In this document: one piece after another, positions 29,832 to 40,100 of the stretch
How the letters are laid out: the number at the start of each line of letters is the position of its first letter
How positions within the stretch are numbered: position 1 is the stretch's first letter
Assembly: GCA_945787155.1 (NCBI GenBank)
Contig: CALZHD010000034.1
Coordinates: 1-61,406 of the forward strand
Length of the DNA: 61,406 nt
Direction of reading: 5' to 3'
DNA from: an uncultured Gammaproteobacteria bacterium
GTDB taxonomy: Bacteria > Pseudomonadota > Gammaproteobacteria > SZUA-140
Made by a program: the position numbers and the translations under genes
The notes under the pieces: model-generated
Seen by the model: the letters and a program-made list of their open reading frames with translations, nothing else
Told to the model about the DNA's origin: nothing
Database searches by the model: none

Positions 29832-30405
29832 CACTATTTCTGCAGCTCAGGTAATTGACGAGACACGTTGCTGGCTCAAACAGATCGTACTGCGCCATAA
29901 CTTCTGCCCTTTCGCCCATAAACCGTTTCAGCAAGAGACCATACACTACATCGTTTCTGAGGCAAGCGAACCACAGGCTGTCGCAGAAGATTTAATGCAG
30001 GCATTGTTGCAATTACGCGACTGCGCTTCAAATTCCGATTCCGGCGCGATGGAAACCACCCTCCTGATCACACCTCACTGCTTTGCCGATTTTGGCGATT
30101 ACAATGAATTTCTAAATGTCGTGGATTTGCTGATCGAGCAGCTGCACCTCGAGGGCGTCATCCAGGTCGCCAGCTTCCATCCGCGCTATCAGTTCGCCGA
30201 TCTTGATGCAGATGATGTGCGTAACTACACCAACCGCTCACTCTACCCCATGTTTCATTTGATTCTGGAAGAAAACATCGCACAGGCACGCATCACATAC
30301 CCTAATGTCGGTAGCATCCCTCAAACCAATATGGATCTATTGGAAAAACAGGGGCTAGCGGAAACGCTTCAACAGCTGAACGCTTGTCGTACAGAAAGCT
30401 CCTGA
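29818..30405 (+). CDS. DUF1415 family protein
   Basis: NFCPFA, ETTLLI, QVASFHP, NYTNRSLYPMFHL. Confidence 0.88.
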   Translation: MMPHNTISAAQVIDETRCWLKQIVLRHNFCPFAHKPFQQETIHYIVSEASEPQAVAEDLMQALLQLRDCASNSDSGAMETTLLITPHCFADFGDYNEFLNVVDLLIEQLHLEGVIQVASFHPRYQFADLDADDVRNYTNRSLYPMFHLILEENIAQARITYPNVGSIPQTNMDLLEKQGLAETLQQLNACRTESS

Positions 30406-30416
30406 CCTGGCGAGTG

Positions 30417-31496
30417 CTATAAAAATGGATAGTCAGTGTAACCCACCTCATCGCCCCCATAATAGGTCGTCGGGTCCGCTGAGTTTAAGGGTGCATCTTG
30501 CTGAAAGCGTGCAACAAGATCGGGATTAGCGAGATACAATTCACCAAAAGAGATCAAATCCGCTTTGTGAGCTTTGAGCGCATCATTCGCCCTTTGTTTG
30601 TTGTAGCCTCCATTCGCGATATAAAGCCCCTCGAATTGTGCACGCAAAACAGTCATATCGAACGCTGTGTCGGGATCCACATCAGCCTGTATCGCACCCT
30701 CAACCACATGTAGATAGGCTAGTTTGCGCGGGTTCAACTGCTTCACCACATAGCTAAACAACGCCTCTGGGTTTGAGTCACACATATCATTAAAGGGGTT
30801 TAAAGGCGACAACCGCACCCCAACGCGATCACTGACCCACACCTCAGTTATTGCATCCAGCACCTCCAGTAAAAAGCGTGTACGATTTTCATATGAACCA
30901 CCATATTCATCACTACGCTGATTGCTGCCGTCGCGCAAAAACTGATCGATCAAATATCCGTTGGCCGCATGTACTTCGACACCATCAAACCCTGCCTGCA
31001 AAGCATTGATCGCTGCCGCTCTATAATCATCAACAATCCCTGCCAACTCTTCGATCTCTAAAGCGCGTGGCTCCACAAAGGGTTGAAGTCCGCTATAAGT
31101 GACGGCATCGCCTGCGGGTTTAATCGCCGATGGCGCCACCGGCAGTGCATTATCAACCTGTAAAGACGGATGAGAAATACGCCCCACATGCCACAACTGA
31201 TTAAAGATACGGCCCCCTTTTTTATGCACGGCAGCGGTAATTTTCTGCCACCCGACCACCTGCTCATCATTATGAATGCCGGGGGTCAGCGGGTAACCAA
31301 CTCCCTGTGGAGAAATTTGTGTCGCCTCTGTAATGATCAATCCAGCGCTGGCGCGTTGCGCGTAATAGATCGCATTCATCGCCTGCGGTACGTTTTTATC
31401 CGTTGCACGATTGCGTGTTAATGGGGCCATTACCAAACGATTTGGCAACGCATAGGGACCCAGTTTCAGCGGCGTAAAAAGATCGATGTCAGACAT
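30417..31496 (-). CDS. Old yellow enzyme / alkene reductase (NemA-like)
   Basis: MAPLTRNRA, QLWHVGR, HAANGYL, GYTDYP. Confidence 0.95.
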   Translation of the reverse strand: MSDIDLFTPLKLGPYALPNRLVMAPLTRNRATDKNVPQAMNAIYYAQRASAGLIITEATQISPQGVGYPLTPGIHNDEQVVGWQKITAAVHKKGGRIFNQLWHVGRISHPSLQVDNALPVAPSAIKPAGDAVTYSGLQPFVEPRALEIEELAGIVDDYRAAAINALQAGFDGVEVHAANGYLIDQFLRDGSNQRSDEYGGSYENRTRFLLEVLDAITEVWVSDRVGVRLSPLNPFNDMCDSNPEALFSYVVKQLNPRKLAYLHVVEGAIQADVDPDTAFDMTVLRAQFEGLYIANGGYNKQRANDALKAHKADLISFGELYLANPDLVARFQQDAPLNSADPTTYYGGDEVGYTDYPFL

Positions 31497-31633
31497 TTCG
31501 CTTACCCCTTTTAGTTTGTGCTGATTAACTCATTGAGGCCAAGCATAAAGCAGACATCGTCGTGTGTATATTATCGGCATTTTCAAATTTGAGTGTCTGC
31601 TATCGGGTTATAAGATGAATCAGGCAGCGGAAT

Positions 31634-33322
31634 TTAAAACGGTACCGGCGCAGTGATTTCAATGCGCCTGCCGGTCGTGGGATGATCAAAACAGAGCTTT
31701 TCAGCATGGAGTAACAGCCGCTCAAGCGGCTCACCGTAGAGCTCATCACCCATAATCGGCGCATTAAGACCCGCCAGGTGGGCGGCGTGTAGGCGCAGCT
31801 GGTGGGTACGCCCGGTGTGTGGATAGAAGTAGACGCGCGTCGTATTCTCACCACGCGCAATTACCTGCCAGCGTGTGATGGCTGGTTTGCCATGCGTATA
31901 GCAGACTATCTGGCGCGGCCGATCGTCAAGATCCACCCGTAACGGCAGTTCGATAATGCCGTTATCCATCGCGCTACCGCGCTCATTGAACGCGCTATTC
32001 ACATCATCTACCGGCAACCGTTTAGACAACACCGCCACATAACGTTTTTCAATGGAGCGCTGTAGAAACTGGCGCTGCAACGCCTTGTGTATCACGCGCT
32101 GCTTCGCAACCAACAACAGGCCGGAGGTGGACATATCAAGACGGTGCACCAACAATAGGCCAGCGGCATCAGGATAGCGATATTGTAAGCGCGTCTGCAC
32201 TGAATCAGTAATCTCTTTGCCCGGCACGGAGAGCAATCCACTCGGCTTGTTGACCACGAGTAGATCGTCGTCTTCATAGACGACTTCAGGTGCAGTGGCA
32301 TCATTAAAATTGTGGCCCGTCAGCTGCCGCGACTGCACCTCGACCCCTTTCAGCATAAAGGGCAATATAGGATTACATTTGCCTCTGCACGCAGGGTAAT
32401 AGTGGCCATGATGACGCACTCCCTCTGTAGGTGGAGCGCCCCACCAGAACTCGGCCAGGGCCAACGGCATCAAGCCGTGTCGGTGTGCATATTGAATAAG
32501 CTTCGGTGCCGCACAATCTCCGGTACCACCCGGCGGAAGTCCTTCGGTAAAAAAATCGGTAATCGTCGCTTGCTCACCCAACCGATTAGTCATGTAATAG
32601 GCCTTAAAGAGCTGGCGATGTAATCTGTTCGATAGCCTTGCTCGCGTTCGCTTAAGCTCGGCAATCTGTTGCTCAATCAGCCCCGATTTTTCCTCAACGA
32701 CGGCGAGCCTTTCACGCCAGTCGGCCTGCAATGCGCGCAGTTCACGTTTATCCTGCTGACTCTCGAAAGAGAGCCTGACCAGCAATGCTTCATCAGTCGC
32801 CGACTGGTTTAACTGCTGACGCTGTTCACGTCGTGATCGCTTACGATGCCGATGAACTAGCGTCAGCGCAGCCAGCTCAGCATCCCGCTGTTGCTGCAAT
32901 CGTTCAAGCTCAACATGTAATCTTCCTAGCGCTGCGCTATTTTGCAACGCCGATATCTGCCCTTCATACACTTTGAGTTGTGCTTCACCGGCCGGTAAAA
33001 AGTCATTTACTGCCTGCTGATCAAACAGTGGCGGCACAAAGCCAGGCACCCGACAGTTTCCGCCGAGCATGCCGGAAAATGCAGCGAGATAACCGAGCTG
33101 ATCATTGGCACCTCTCACCACCAGCACACCAAACATCTTGCCACCGTCGGGCGCATCGAAGTTATGCTGCCACGCCTGTCTGTTTTTCAGCCGCTGCTGT
33201 AACGCTAACGCAGCCTGTTTAGCAACAGGGTGCGGCGCATTACTAAAGGGACTTGGGAACCCCTGTGGCAGATCAACACTTTGCGCAGCAGCAGGGGAAG
33301 AAAAATAGATTATGTCGCTCAT
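31634..33322 (-). CDS. RluA-family pseudouridine synthase, long form with N-terminal domain and coiled coil
   Basis: NKPSGLLSVPG, HRLDMSTSG, TGRTHQLR, GDELYG. Confidence 0.92.
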   Translation of the reverse strand: MSDIIYFSSPAAAQSVDLPQGFPSPFSNAPHPVAKQAALALQQRLKNRQAWQHNFDAPDGGKMFGVLVVRGANDQLGYLAAFSGMLGGNCRVPGFVPPLFDQQAVNDFLPAGEAQLKVYEGQISALQNSAALGRLHVELERLQQQRDAELAALTLVHRHRKRSRREQRQQLNQSATDEALLVRLSFESQQDKRELRALQADWRERLAVVEEKSGLIEQQIAELKRTRARLSNRLHRQLFKAYYMTNRLGEQATITDFFTEGLPPGGTGDCAAPKLIQYAHRHGLMPLALAEFWWGAPPTEGVRHHGHYYPACRGKCNPILPFMLKGVEVQSRQLTGHNFNDATAPEVVYEDDDLLVVNKPSGLLSVPGKEITDSVQTRLQYRYPDAAGLLLVHRLDMSTSGLLLVAKQRVIHKALQRQFLQRSIEKRYVAVLSKRLPVDDVNSAFNERGSAMDNGIIELPLRVDLDDRPRQIVCYTHGKPAITRWQVIARGENTTRVYFYPHTGRTHQLRLHAAHLAGLNAPIMGDELYGEPLERLLLHAEKLCFDHPTTGRRIEITAPVPF

Positions 33323-33506
33323 ATTCAGAAGATCGTGATTTCAGCCGGTGATTCTAACACGCCCTTAACCCCGATCTCAGCTAACCTCAATTTCAGCTAA
33401 TCCCGATCACAGCGCGATCAAACTGTTTCACATCCGCCAACGACAATTCAGGTAGAATTCAACAAGCCGTCGTATATTCAGATAATTCAAAAAACAGGAG
33501 CTAAAT

Positions 33507-33953
33507 CAGACAGCGCGCCTTTCTTCAAAGCGATTCATACTGCTGCTAGTCGCCATGTTCATCTCTGGCTGCGCGGCCATACAGTCAAGCCGTGACATAG
33601 TCAAAGGAGTCAACTTTGAGCGCATCGATTCTAATGCGGCATCAATCTCCCATCTCTATCTCCATCGAACACCTGAAGGGATGGACTTGCATGGCGAATT
33701 GAAACGCAAGTTAGCGGGCCGTGGTGCAATACCGGGGCATCTGCATGTCACACTGATCGACCCCCAGGGTCAGATGCTGAAGGAAGCGGACATCGACTAC
33801 AAACGCCACAATGCGCAATCAAATCACGCTCACTTTTCGATTCCACTCCCGATGACACTCGAGACTGGCAGCTCGATACGCATTACCCACATGGCCTCTG
33901 AACGTAACGACCTCGGCGATCATCCACAGTGGATAGATCCCTCTGCCCATTAG
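33507..33953 (+). CDS. Putative lipoprotein whose start codon appears to be missing
   Basis: In-frame QTARLSSKRFILLLVAMFISG^C lipoprotein signal just after RBS AGGAG, but no ATG/GTG/TTG there. The ORF-track ATG at 33555 lies inside the signal peptide. Confidence 0.6.
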   Translation, partial: QTARLSSKRFILLLVAMFISGCAAIQSSRDIVKGVNFERIDSNAASISHLYLHRTPEGMDLHGELKRKLAGRGAIPGHLHVTLIDPQGQMLKEADIDYKRHNAQSNHAHFSIPLPMTLETGSSIRITHMASERNDLGDHPQWIDPSAH

Positions 33954-34164
33954 GAGATACCACGATCAAAAATAGCGCCGCTTGTTTTATCCCTCAACCT
34001 GCAGAAATCGCCTCTCCCACGCAAGCACGTGGCGATAGCTTCGGGGATTGTCGGCCTATGGATTAAAGCCCCGATCACGCGTATCATTCAATTTTTCGTG
34101 GGCGTTGCAGCTCAGATATAAATCAAAGCGTTACCCTCCAGATAGAGGCAACATAGAGAGAGTT

Positions 34165-35358
34165 ATGGCAGGCACAGAATTATTTGGCGACGAAGAGCGC
34201 AAAGAGGTCGCAGATGTGATGGAGACAGGCATCTTCATCCGTTACAACCAGGATGACGCGCGCAATGGACACTGGAAGGCGAAGACCTTCGAAAAAGAGT
34301 TCGCCGACTATCACAAGGTAAAATACACTCACATGTGCGCCAGCGGCACGGCAGCAGATGCGATTTCTCTCGCGGCCTGTGGTGTCGGTGCTGGCGAAGA
34401 GGTGATTGTCTCACCGTTCTCGTTTATCGCCCCCGTCGAAGCGGTGTTAGCGGCGGGCGCGATTCCGGTCTTTGCCGACATCGATGAAACACTGTGCCTC
34501 TCCCCTGAAGGAATCGAGGCGGCGATCACGCCGAAAACCAAAGCGGTATTATTGGTGCATGTGTTTGGCGCGATGGCGCGCACGCAGGAGATTGCCGACC
34601 TCTGCGCTGCAAAGGGCATTATTTTAATCGAAGACGCGGCACCGGCACTCGGCGCCTCGCAAAACGGTAAACTCGCCGGCACCTTTGGCAAGGTCGGCTG
34701 TTACTCATTTGATTTCTACAAGATCATCACCGCCGGTGAAGGGGGCGCGATGATCACCAACGATGAAGCGGCCTACAACACCGCTCACATGTTTGGCGAT
34801 CACGGCCACGACCATATCGGTGATAATCGTGGCATGGAAGAACACCCCATCCTCGGCTTCAATTATCGCGTCAGTGAACTGCATGCTGCGGTTGGACTGG
34901 CGCAGTTCAGAAAGCTCGACACGATTATTGCTGCACTGCGTAAAAACAAAACCATCGTCAAAGATGGCCTGAAGACAATCCCGGAGCTGACCTTCCGCCG
35001 CATCGACGATGAACCCAATGAGTCGGCCACTTTTCTGTCATTCTTTCTCAAGGACAAGACGACTACCGAGCATGTAAAGGCAGCGCTTGATGCCGCCGGT
35101 ATCGGAACCGCCTATTGGGTTAAAAACAAATACCACTATATCCATAATTGGGATCATCTTAAAGAGATGAAGGTTGCAGCTAAGATGCCGGTATCGATGC
35201 TGGAAAACGCGCCTGACTATCGTGATATCAGACTGCCAGTCTCAGAGGCCATCATGGAACGTCTGTTGATGCTGGAGATCAAGGTCAAATGGACCAACGA
35301 AGAGGTGACTACGCTACGTGATAATTTAGCCACCACTATCCGCAACGCGCTTAAATAA
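34165..35358 (+). CDS. kdnA: 8-amino-3,8-dideoxy-D-manno-octulosonate transaminase (DegT family)
   Basis: MAGTELFGDEERKEVADVME, SFDFYKIITAGEGG (PLP lysine), DHGHDHIG..RG.E.HPILG; closely resembles Shewanella KdnA as recalled and is adjacent to kdnB. Confidence 0.85.
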   Translation: MAGTELFGDEERKEVADVMETGIFIRYNQDDARNGHWKAKTFEKEFADYHKVKYTHMCASGTAADAISLAACGVGAGEEVIVSPFSFIAPVEAVLAAGAIPVFADIDETLCLSPEGIEAAITPKTKAVLLVHVFGAMARTQEIADLCAAKGIILIEDAAPALGASQNGKLAGTFGKVGCYSFDFYKIITAGEGGAMITNDEAAYNTAHMFGDHGHDHIGDNRGMEEHPILGFNYRVSELHAAVGLAQFRKLDTIIAALRKNKTIVKDGLKTIPELTFRRIDDEPNESATFLSFFLKDKTTTEHVKAALDAAGIGTAYWVKNKYHYIHNWDHLKEMKVAAKMPVSMLENAPDYRDIRLPVSEAIMERLLMLEIKVKWTNEEVTTLRDNLATTIRNALK

Positions 35359-35375
35359 ATTATAAGATATAGATC

Positions 35376-36461
35376 ATGACCGCATTCAGAAATTTTTGTA
35401 GTGTTAACAATTTTGTCTTTGGTAAAGGCAGTTTCAATGAGCTCGGCACCATCATTGAGAAGCGCCGTGTCGAAACGCCATCGTTCTTTGTCTATCTCGT
35501 TGATGAAGTCTTCAAAGGTAAGGTACTCGAACAGCGCATTCCGTTAAGTGGCGACGACTTCATCATCTGGCTCGGCACCCAGGATGAACCGAAGACTAGC
35601 AAGGTCGATGAACTGACCCAGCAGATTCTAAATGATTATGAGGAACTGCCAGCCGGCGTAATCGGTATTGGTGGTGGCATCATGATGGATTATGCCAAGG
35701 CGATCTCGCTGACACTGACCAATCCCGGCCCATCAGAAACCTACCAGGGACTGGACCTGATCAAAAACAAGGGTGTGTGGAGTGCCTGTATCCCAACCAT
35801 CGCCGGTACCGGTGCCGAGGTCTCGATGACCGCGGTACTGAGTGGCCCCGAAAAGAAACTCGGTATCAAGTGTGACTACACGGTGGCAAACCAGATCATC
35901 CTCGATCCTGAATTGTGCGAAGGTGTGCCCGCGCCACAACGTTTTTACACCGGCATGGATTCCTACATCCATGCAGTTGAGGCGCTGACCGGCCACTGTC
36001 GCAACACCTTTGGCGACGCCTATGGCGAGAAGTCGCTCGAGATGTGCCAGGATGTCTTCCTCAATTACGAAAACATCTATCACCCCGAGGCCGATGAGAA
36101 GTTGATGGTCGCCTCTTATCTCGGCGGCCTGAGCCTCACCTATTCACAGGTCGGTGTCTGCCATGCCCTCTCTTACGGACTGGCGCATGTGCTCGGCACC
36201 CATCACGGCATCGCCAACTGCATCTGCTTCAATCATCTTGAAGACTTCTACGGCGAATATGTGGGTGAATTCCACAAGATGCTCGAGCTGCATAACATCG
36301 AACTGCCGCAGGGCATCACCAAAGACCTGCCACGTGAGAAACTGACCGAGATGGCCAACGTCGCCTATGCGCTCGACCACATGTGGCTTCACGCCCTGGG
36401 GGATGACTGGCAACAGAAGATCGATATCGAAATGCTCGAAGCGCTCTTTGCGCGTCTATGA
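35376..36461 (+). CDS. kdnB: Kdo 8-oxidase (iron-containing alcohol dehydrogenase family)
   Basis: FRNF..V...FGKGSF, TNPGPS..YQG.DLIK, GPEKKLG, FYTGMDSYIH, CHALSYGL, HHGIANC. Confidence 0.85.
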   Translation: MTAFRNFCSVNNFVFGKGSFNELGTIIEKRRVETPSFFVYLVDEVFKGKVLEQRIPLSGDDFIIWLGTQDEPKTSKVDELTQQILNDYEELPAGVIGIGGGIMMDYAKAISLTLTNPGPSETYQGLDLIKNKGVWSACIPTIAGTGAEVSMTAVLSGPEKKLGIKCDYTVANQIILDPELCEGVPAPQRFYTGMDSYIHAVEALTGHCRNTFGDAYGEKSLEMCQDVFLNYENIYHPEADEKLMVASYLGGLSLTYSQVGVCHALSYGLAHVLGTHHGIANCICFNHLEDFYGEYVGEFHKMLELHNIELPQGITKDLPREKLTEMANVAYALDHMWLHALGDDWQQKIDIEMLEALFARL

Positions 36462-36699
36462 TCAAATTACCATCAGGAAAATGATCCTTCGTGTAAATTG
36501 TGGCGTTGAGATCGGCATTTAATAGAGATCACAAAACCGCATCAAGGATGATCAAGCCGGTGACTGTGACATAGCATCGAGTCTGAATTTAAGAGATGCT
36601 TTAGTTAGCGGTGCGATTGTCACCTTCGCCCCCTCTTTATTAGTCCAACAACACGTCAAACCATTGATTTAAAAAACCTTTTCCATCAAAAAATTAGCG

Positions 36700-36757
36700 A
36701 TACTACATTTATTTACATCGTAACACCATAGTGCTACTATTTTTCCTATCGTGTTAT
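36700..36757. promoter_or_regulatory. Two tandem NikR-type operators
   Basis: ATACTAC-N13-GTAACAC (36700-36726) and GTGCTAC-N13-GTGTTAT (36731-36757). Confidence 0.7.
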
Positions 36758-36801
36758 TGCGTTCTGCCGCTAAAAAACAGAGCATACATTCAATTGAGGA
36801 A

Positions 36802-37854
36802 ATGACATTGGCTAATGATAGCCCCACCTTGCGCACCACGTTTATAGTAGTAGCAGCGATTTCAGGCTTATGCGCACTCTCGTCGAGCGCCGGTGCTAAT
36901 GATGCCTATGAAATTGAGATCAGTGGTGTCGTCGAAATCGAAGCGACGGGCGGACGCACGACAGATGGCGCGGCCAACAGCGATATCTCTGTGGCCACGA
37001 TCGAGATCGGCATCGATACCACCATCACTGATAACGTTTCAGCCCATCTTCTGCTGCTGCATGAAGAAAATGACACCGACCTGGAGATCGATGAAGGCAC
37101 CATTACCCTTTCTGAACTCGGCAGCTTGCCGATCGCAATCTCCGCAGGCCAGATGTACGTCCCTTTTGGACACTTTGAAAGTCACATGATTTCAGACCCG
37201 CTGACCCTTGAATTAGGCGAAACGCGCGAGAGCGTGGTTCAATTTGGTGCAGTAGCCGACAATATCCACGCTGCCATCTATACCTTTAAGGGAGCAACGC
37301 GTCAGGCGAATGATAGCGACCGGGTTAAAAGCATTGGAGCCAACATCGGGTTTACCATTGAAAATAACGGTTTCAATCTTGATAGCGGTATCAGCTATCT
37401 CAGCAACATGGCCGAGACCGATACCATCGAAGGGATTATCAGCAACTCAACGACACTCACTGACACCCCCGCGGGTATCGGTTTGCACGCGATCGTGCGC
37501 CGCGGACCGCTCACGATGATCGCCGAATATACTGGTGCCAATGACAGTTTTGATACTGCCGATCTGGCATTCAATGGTAACGGGGCTAAACCTGGTGCAT
37601 ACAACATCGAAGCGGGATTTGAGCTATCGATGTTTGGTAAAGAGGCCACTTTGGCACTGGCAGCCCAGGGGAGCCGTGATGCTCAGGTACTGAGCTTGCC
37701 TGAGTCTCGCCTCCTCGGCAGTATCAATGTCGCGCTGCGCGAACAGACCTCGCTCGGCTTCGAATGGGCCAAAAGCGATGATTATGGTACAAACGAAGGT
37801 GGCACAGGACGCGCTACCAACATGTACACTGCACAGATTGCGGTCGAATTTTAA
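36802..37854 (+). CDS. LbtU-family outer-membrane porin
   Basis: Signal peptide, ISGVVEIEA, GQMYVPFG..ESHMISDPLTLELGETRE, C-terminal AQIAVEF. ATG 36802 follows GAGG. Confidence 0.8.
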   Translation: MTLANDSPTLRTTFIVVAAISGLCALSSSAGANDAYEIEISGVVEIEATGGRTTDGAANSDISVATIEIGIDTTITDNVSAHLLLLHEENDTDLEIDEGTITLSELGSLPIAISAGQMYVPFGHFESHMISDPLTLELGETRESVVQFGAVADNIHAAIYTFKGATRQANDSDRVKSIGANIGFTIENNGFNLDSGISYLSNMAETDTIEGIISNSTTLTDTPAGIGLHAIVRRGPLTMIAEYTGANDSFDTADLAFNGNGAKPGAYNIEAGFELSMFGKEATLALAAQGSRDAQVLSLPESRLLGSINVALREQTSLGFEWAKSDDYGTNEGGTGRATNMYTAQIAVEF

Positions 37855-37884
37855 TCCAGTTAACACCAATATGAGATCACGACA

Positions 37885-38670
37885 ATGAAAAAAAATAGCA
37901 TCAGCCTTCTAAGTGGCGCAGCACTGCTAGCGGTCAGCATGAGTGCATCGGCCCACTTTCAGATGATCATCCCATCCGATGATATGGTTAAGCAAAATGA
38001 GAAACGCACCTTGAATCTGGACCTGATGTTTTGGCACCCATTTGAAGGCGGTGGCATGCACATGGTCAAACCGGTGCAGTTTGGTGTGATGGCGGGTGGC
38101 AAAAAACGCGATTTGTTGGATACCATCAAGGCACACAAGTTCACTGATATTAACGGTGAAAAGTTTGATGGCTATCGGGTTAATTACAAACTCAAACGTC
38201 CGGGTGATAACACCTTTTACATCGAGCCACAGCCGTACTGGGAACCCGCTGAAGAGTCATTCATCATCCATTACACTAAGGTGATCGTGAACTCATTTGG
38301 TCTCGAAGAAGGCTGGGATTCACCTGTCGGCCTGAAGACCGAAATCACCCCACTGACCCGTCCCTACGGACTCTATAGCGGCAATGTCTTCCAGGGCATC
38401 GTTACCGTCAACGGTAAACCGGTGCCATTCAGTGAAGTAGAGGTTGAGTATTTCAACCGGGATGGCAAGCTCAAGGCCGAAGCGGACCCGATGATCACTC
38501 AGGTGGTTAAGGCCGATGCGAATGGTGTGTTTACTTATGCGATGCCAAAAGCAGGCTGGTGGGGCTTTGCCGCACTCAACGAAGATGAAAATACGATGAA
38601 ACACGAAGGCACAGAATACCCGGTTGAGATCGGTGCGGTATTGTGGGTCAAGACACACGACATGAAGTAG
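37885..38670 (+). CDS. DUF4198 periplasmic Ni/Co-associated protein
   Basis: Signal peptide ASA^HFQM (N-terminal His), [29 protein letters not shown]. Confidence 0.88.
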   Translation: MKKNSISLLSGAALLAVSMSASAHFQMIIPSDDMVKQNEKRTLNLDLMFWHPFEGGGMHMVKPVQFGVMAGGKKRDLLDTIKAHKFTDINGEKFDGYRVNYKLKRPGDNTFYIEPQPYWEPAEESFIIHYTKVIVNSFGLEEGWDSPVGLKTEITPLTRPYGLYSGNVFQGIVTVNGKPVPFSEVEVEYFNRDGKLKAEADPMITQVVKADANGVFTYAMPKAGWWGFAALNEDENTMKHEGTEYPVEIGAVLWVKTHDMK

Positions 38671-38742
38671 GCCGCTTTTCTCTGGTGGCGTTTAACATGA
38701 CTCAGAATAAAAGCATGCCAAAGACCATTTGCGCGCTATCTG

Positions 38743-39225
38743 TTAATCGTGCGAATGGCCATGATGATGCCCTTCATCTGAATGCGCATGACTATGATCT
38801 CCTGATCCGGCCGGCATCGCTTCACCCGTGGTCGTCATCGTGAGCTTGCCATGTTTGACGCCGCGCACACTCACTAGCTTGTCAGCCAGTGCCTGCAGTA
38901 ATTGCGCCTTACCTTTTAACACCAGCACTTCAAGGCAGTTATTATGATCGAGATGGACATGCAGCACCGAGCAGATCTCACCGGTAAAGGAGTGCTGCAG
39001 ATGAGTCAGTCTGGAAGAGAGCTCCCGGGTGTGATGATCGTAGACCATCGTAAAGGTACCCACCGTCTCAGCGTCCTCCTCCCACTCCTGCTCCACCATG
39101 TGGTCACGAATCAGGTCACGGATCGCCTCAGAACGGTTTTTATACCCCTTGCGGGCGATCAGTTCATCAAACTTATCCAGCAGACTATTATCGATAGAGA
39201 CGCCAAACCTTACCAACTCAGACAT
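38743..39225 (-). CDS. nikR: Nickel-responsive regulator NikR with His-rich tail
   Basis: RFGVSI ribbon-helix-helix, [34 protein letters not shown]. Confidence 0.96.
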   Translation of the reverse strand: MSELVRFGVSIDNSLLDKFDELIARKGYKNRSEAIRDLIRDHMVEQEWEEDAETVGTFTMVYDHHTRELSSRLTHLQHSFTGEICSVLHVHLDHNNCLEVLVLKGKAQLLQALADKLVSVRGVKHGKLTMTTTGEAMPAGSGDHSHAHSDEGHHHGHSHD

Positions 39226-39293
39226 ATCAATTACCTCTAAATGCTATATCTCGGCACCCACCAGACAACATCGCTACATCGATTGACTTCAGG

Positions 39294-39320
39294 GTGCCAC
39301 ATATTTAATATTTGTACCAC
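39294..39320. promoter_or_regulatory. NikR-type operator in the nikR/nikL divergent region
   Basis: GTGCCAC-N13-GTACCAC. Confidence 0.6.
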
Positions 39321-39338
39321 GAAATCGGAGCGCAGTCA

Positions 39339-39998
39339 GTGAGAGCATATCATATTAAAAATAAAGAAATTATTCCCAGCAGCTGCCGCTCAAACCGAGG
39401 GTTCCTGGCAACAATAACGACAATTTTGCTACTCATCACCCCGCCTGCCTTTGCTCATAAACTCAATATGTTCGCCTATGTGGAGGGCAATGAGATCTTT
39501 GTTGAAGGCTATTTTACCGACGGCAAAAAGGCCAAAAACAGCGAAATAATCGTCTTTGACGCATCGAACAGTGAGCTGTTGCGCGGCATCTCAGATGCCG
39601 ATGGCCAGTTCAGTTTTGCGATTCCACAGCAGAGTGATATGCGCATCACCGTCAATGCCGGCATGGGGCATCAGACCGAATATTCACTGCTGAAGAATGA
39701 ATTGCATGAGGAAGTCGAAGACCCTTCAAGCGAGCCCACTACGACAGCCACTGTTGCAGACGAAAACAGCACTCAGTCAGCCGATGGGCCATTAACCCCC
39801 ATCACTGCGGTCAGCCTCGATAATAGTGCGCTTCGCACCGAAGTTGAACGCGCCGTCGGCAAGGCGATCAAACCACTGATGCGGGAACTCTCCGCCATGC
39901 GTGCCGAAAAATCCCTTGCCGATATCATCGGTGGCATTGGCTTCATCTTTGGCCTGTTCGGCATCGCGATGTACTTCAAGGTACGCAAGACGTCGTGA
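39339..39998 (+). CDS. NikL/CbiL-like accessory component of a Ni/Co ECF transporter
   Basis: AFA^HKLNMFAY, GYFTDG, NAGMGH, C-terminal TM DIIGGIGFIFGL. GTG 39339 follows GGAG. Confidence 0.8.
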   Translation: MRAYHIKNKEIIPSSCRSNRGFLATITTILLLITPPAFAHKLNMFAYVEGNEIFVEGYFTDGKKAKNSEIIVFDASNSELLRGISDADGQFSFAIPQQSDMRITVNAGMGHQTEYSLLKNELHEEVEDPSSEPTTTATVADENSTQSADGPLTPITAVSLDNSALRTEVERAVGKAIKPLMRELSAMRAEKSLADIIGGIGFIFGLFGIAMYFKVRKTS

Positions 39999-40046
39999 TT
40001 TCCAGCGAAATTAGCAGGCAGACTATGAGATGGCTCAACCTTGCTC

Positions 40047-40073
40047 GTAATACGTCGATACCATTTGTAACAC
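40047..40073. promoter_or_regulatory. NikR-type operator upstream of nikM/cbiM
   Basis: GTAATAC-N13-GTAACAC. Confidence 0.7.
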
Positions 40074-40100
40074 CCCAAACCACATTGAGACCCACACAAC

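Noticed and set aside
31571-31597. sigma28 promoter for the alkene reductase
   Set aside because: A perfect GCCGATAA is present on the minus strand, but there is no T(A/C)AA at the 15-bp spacing.
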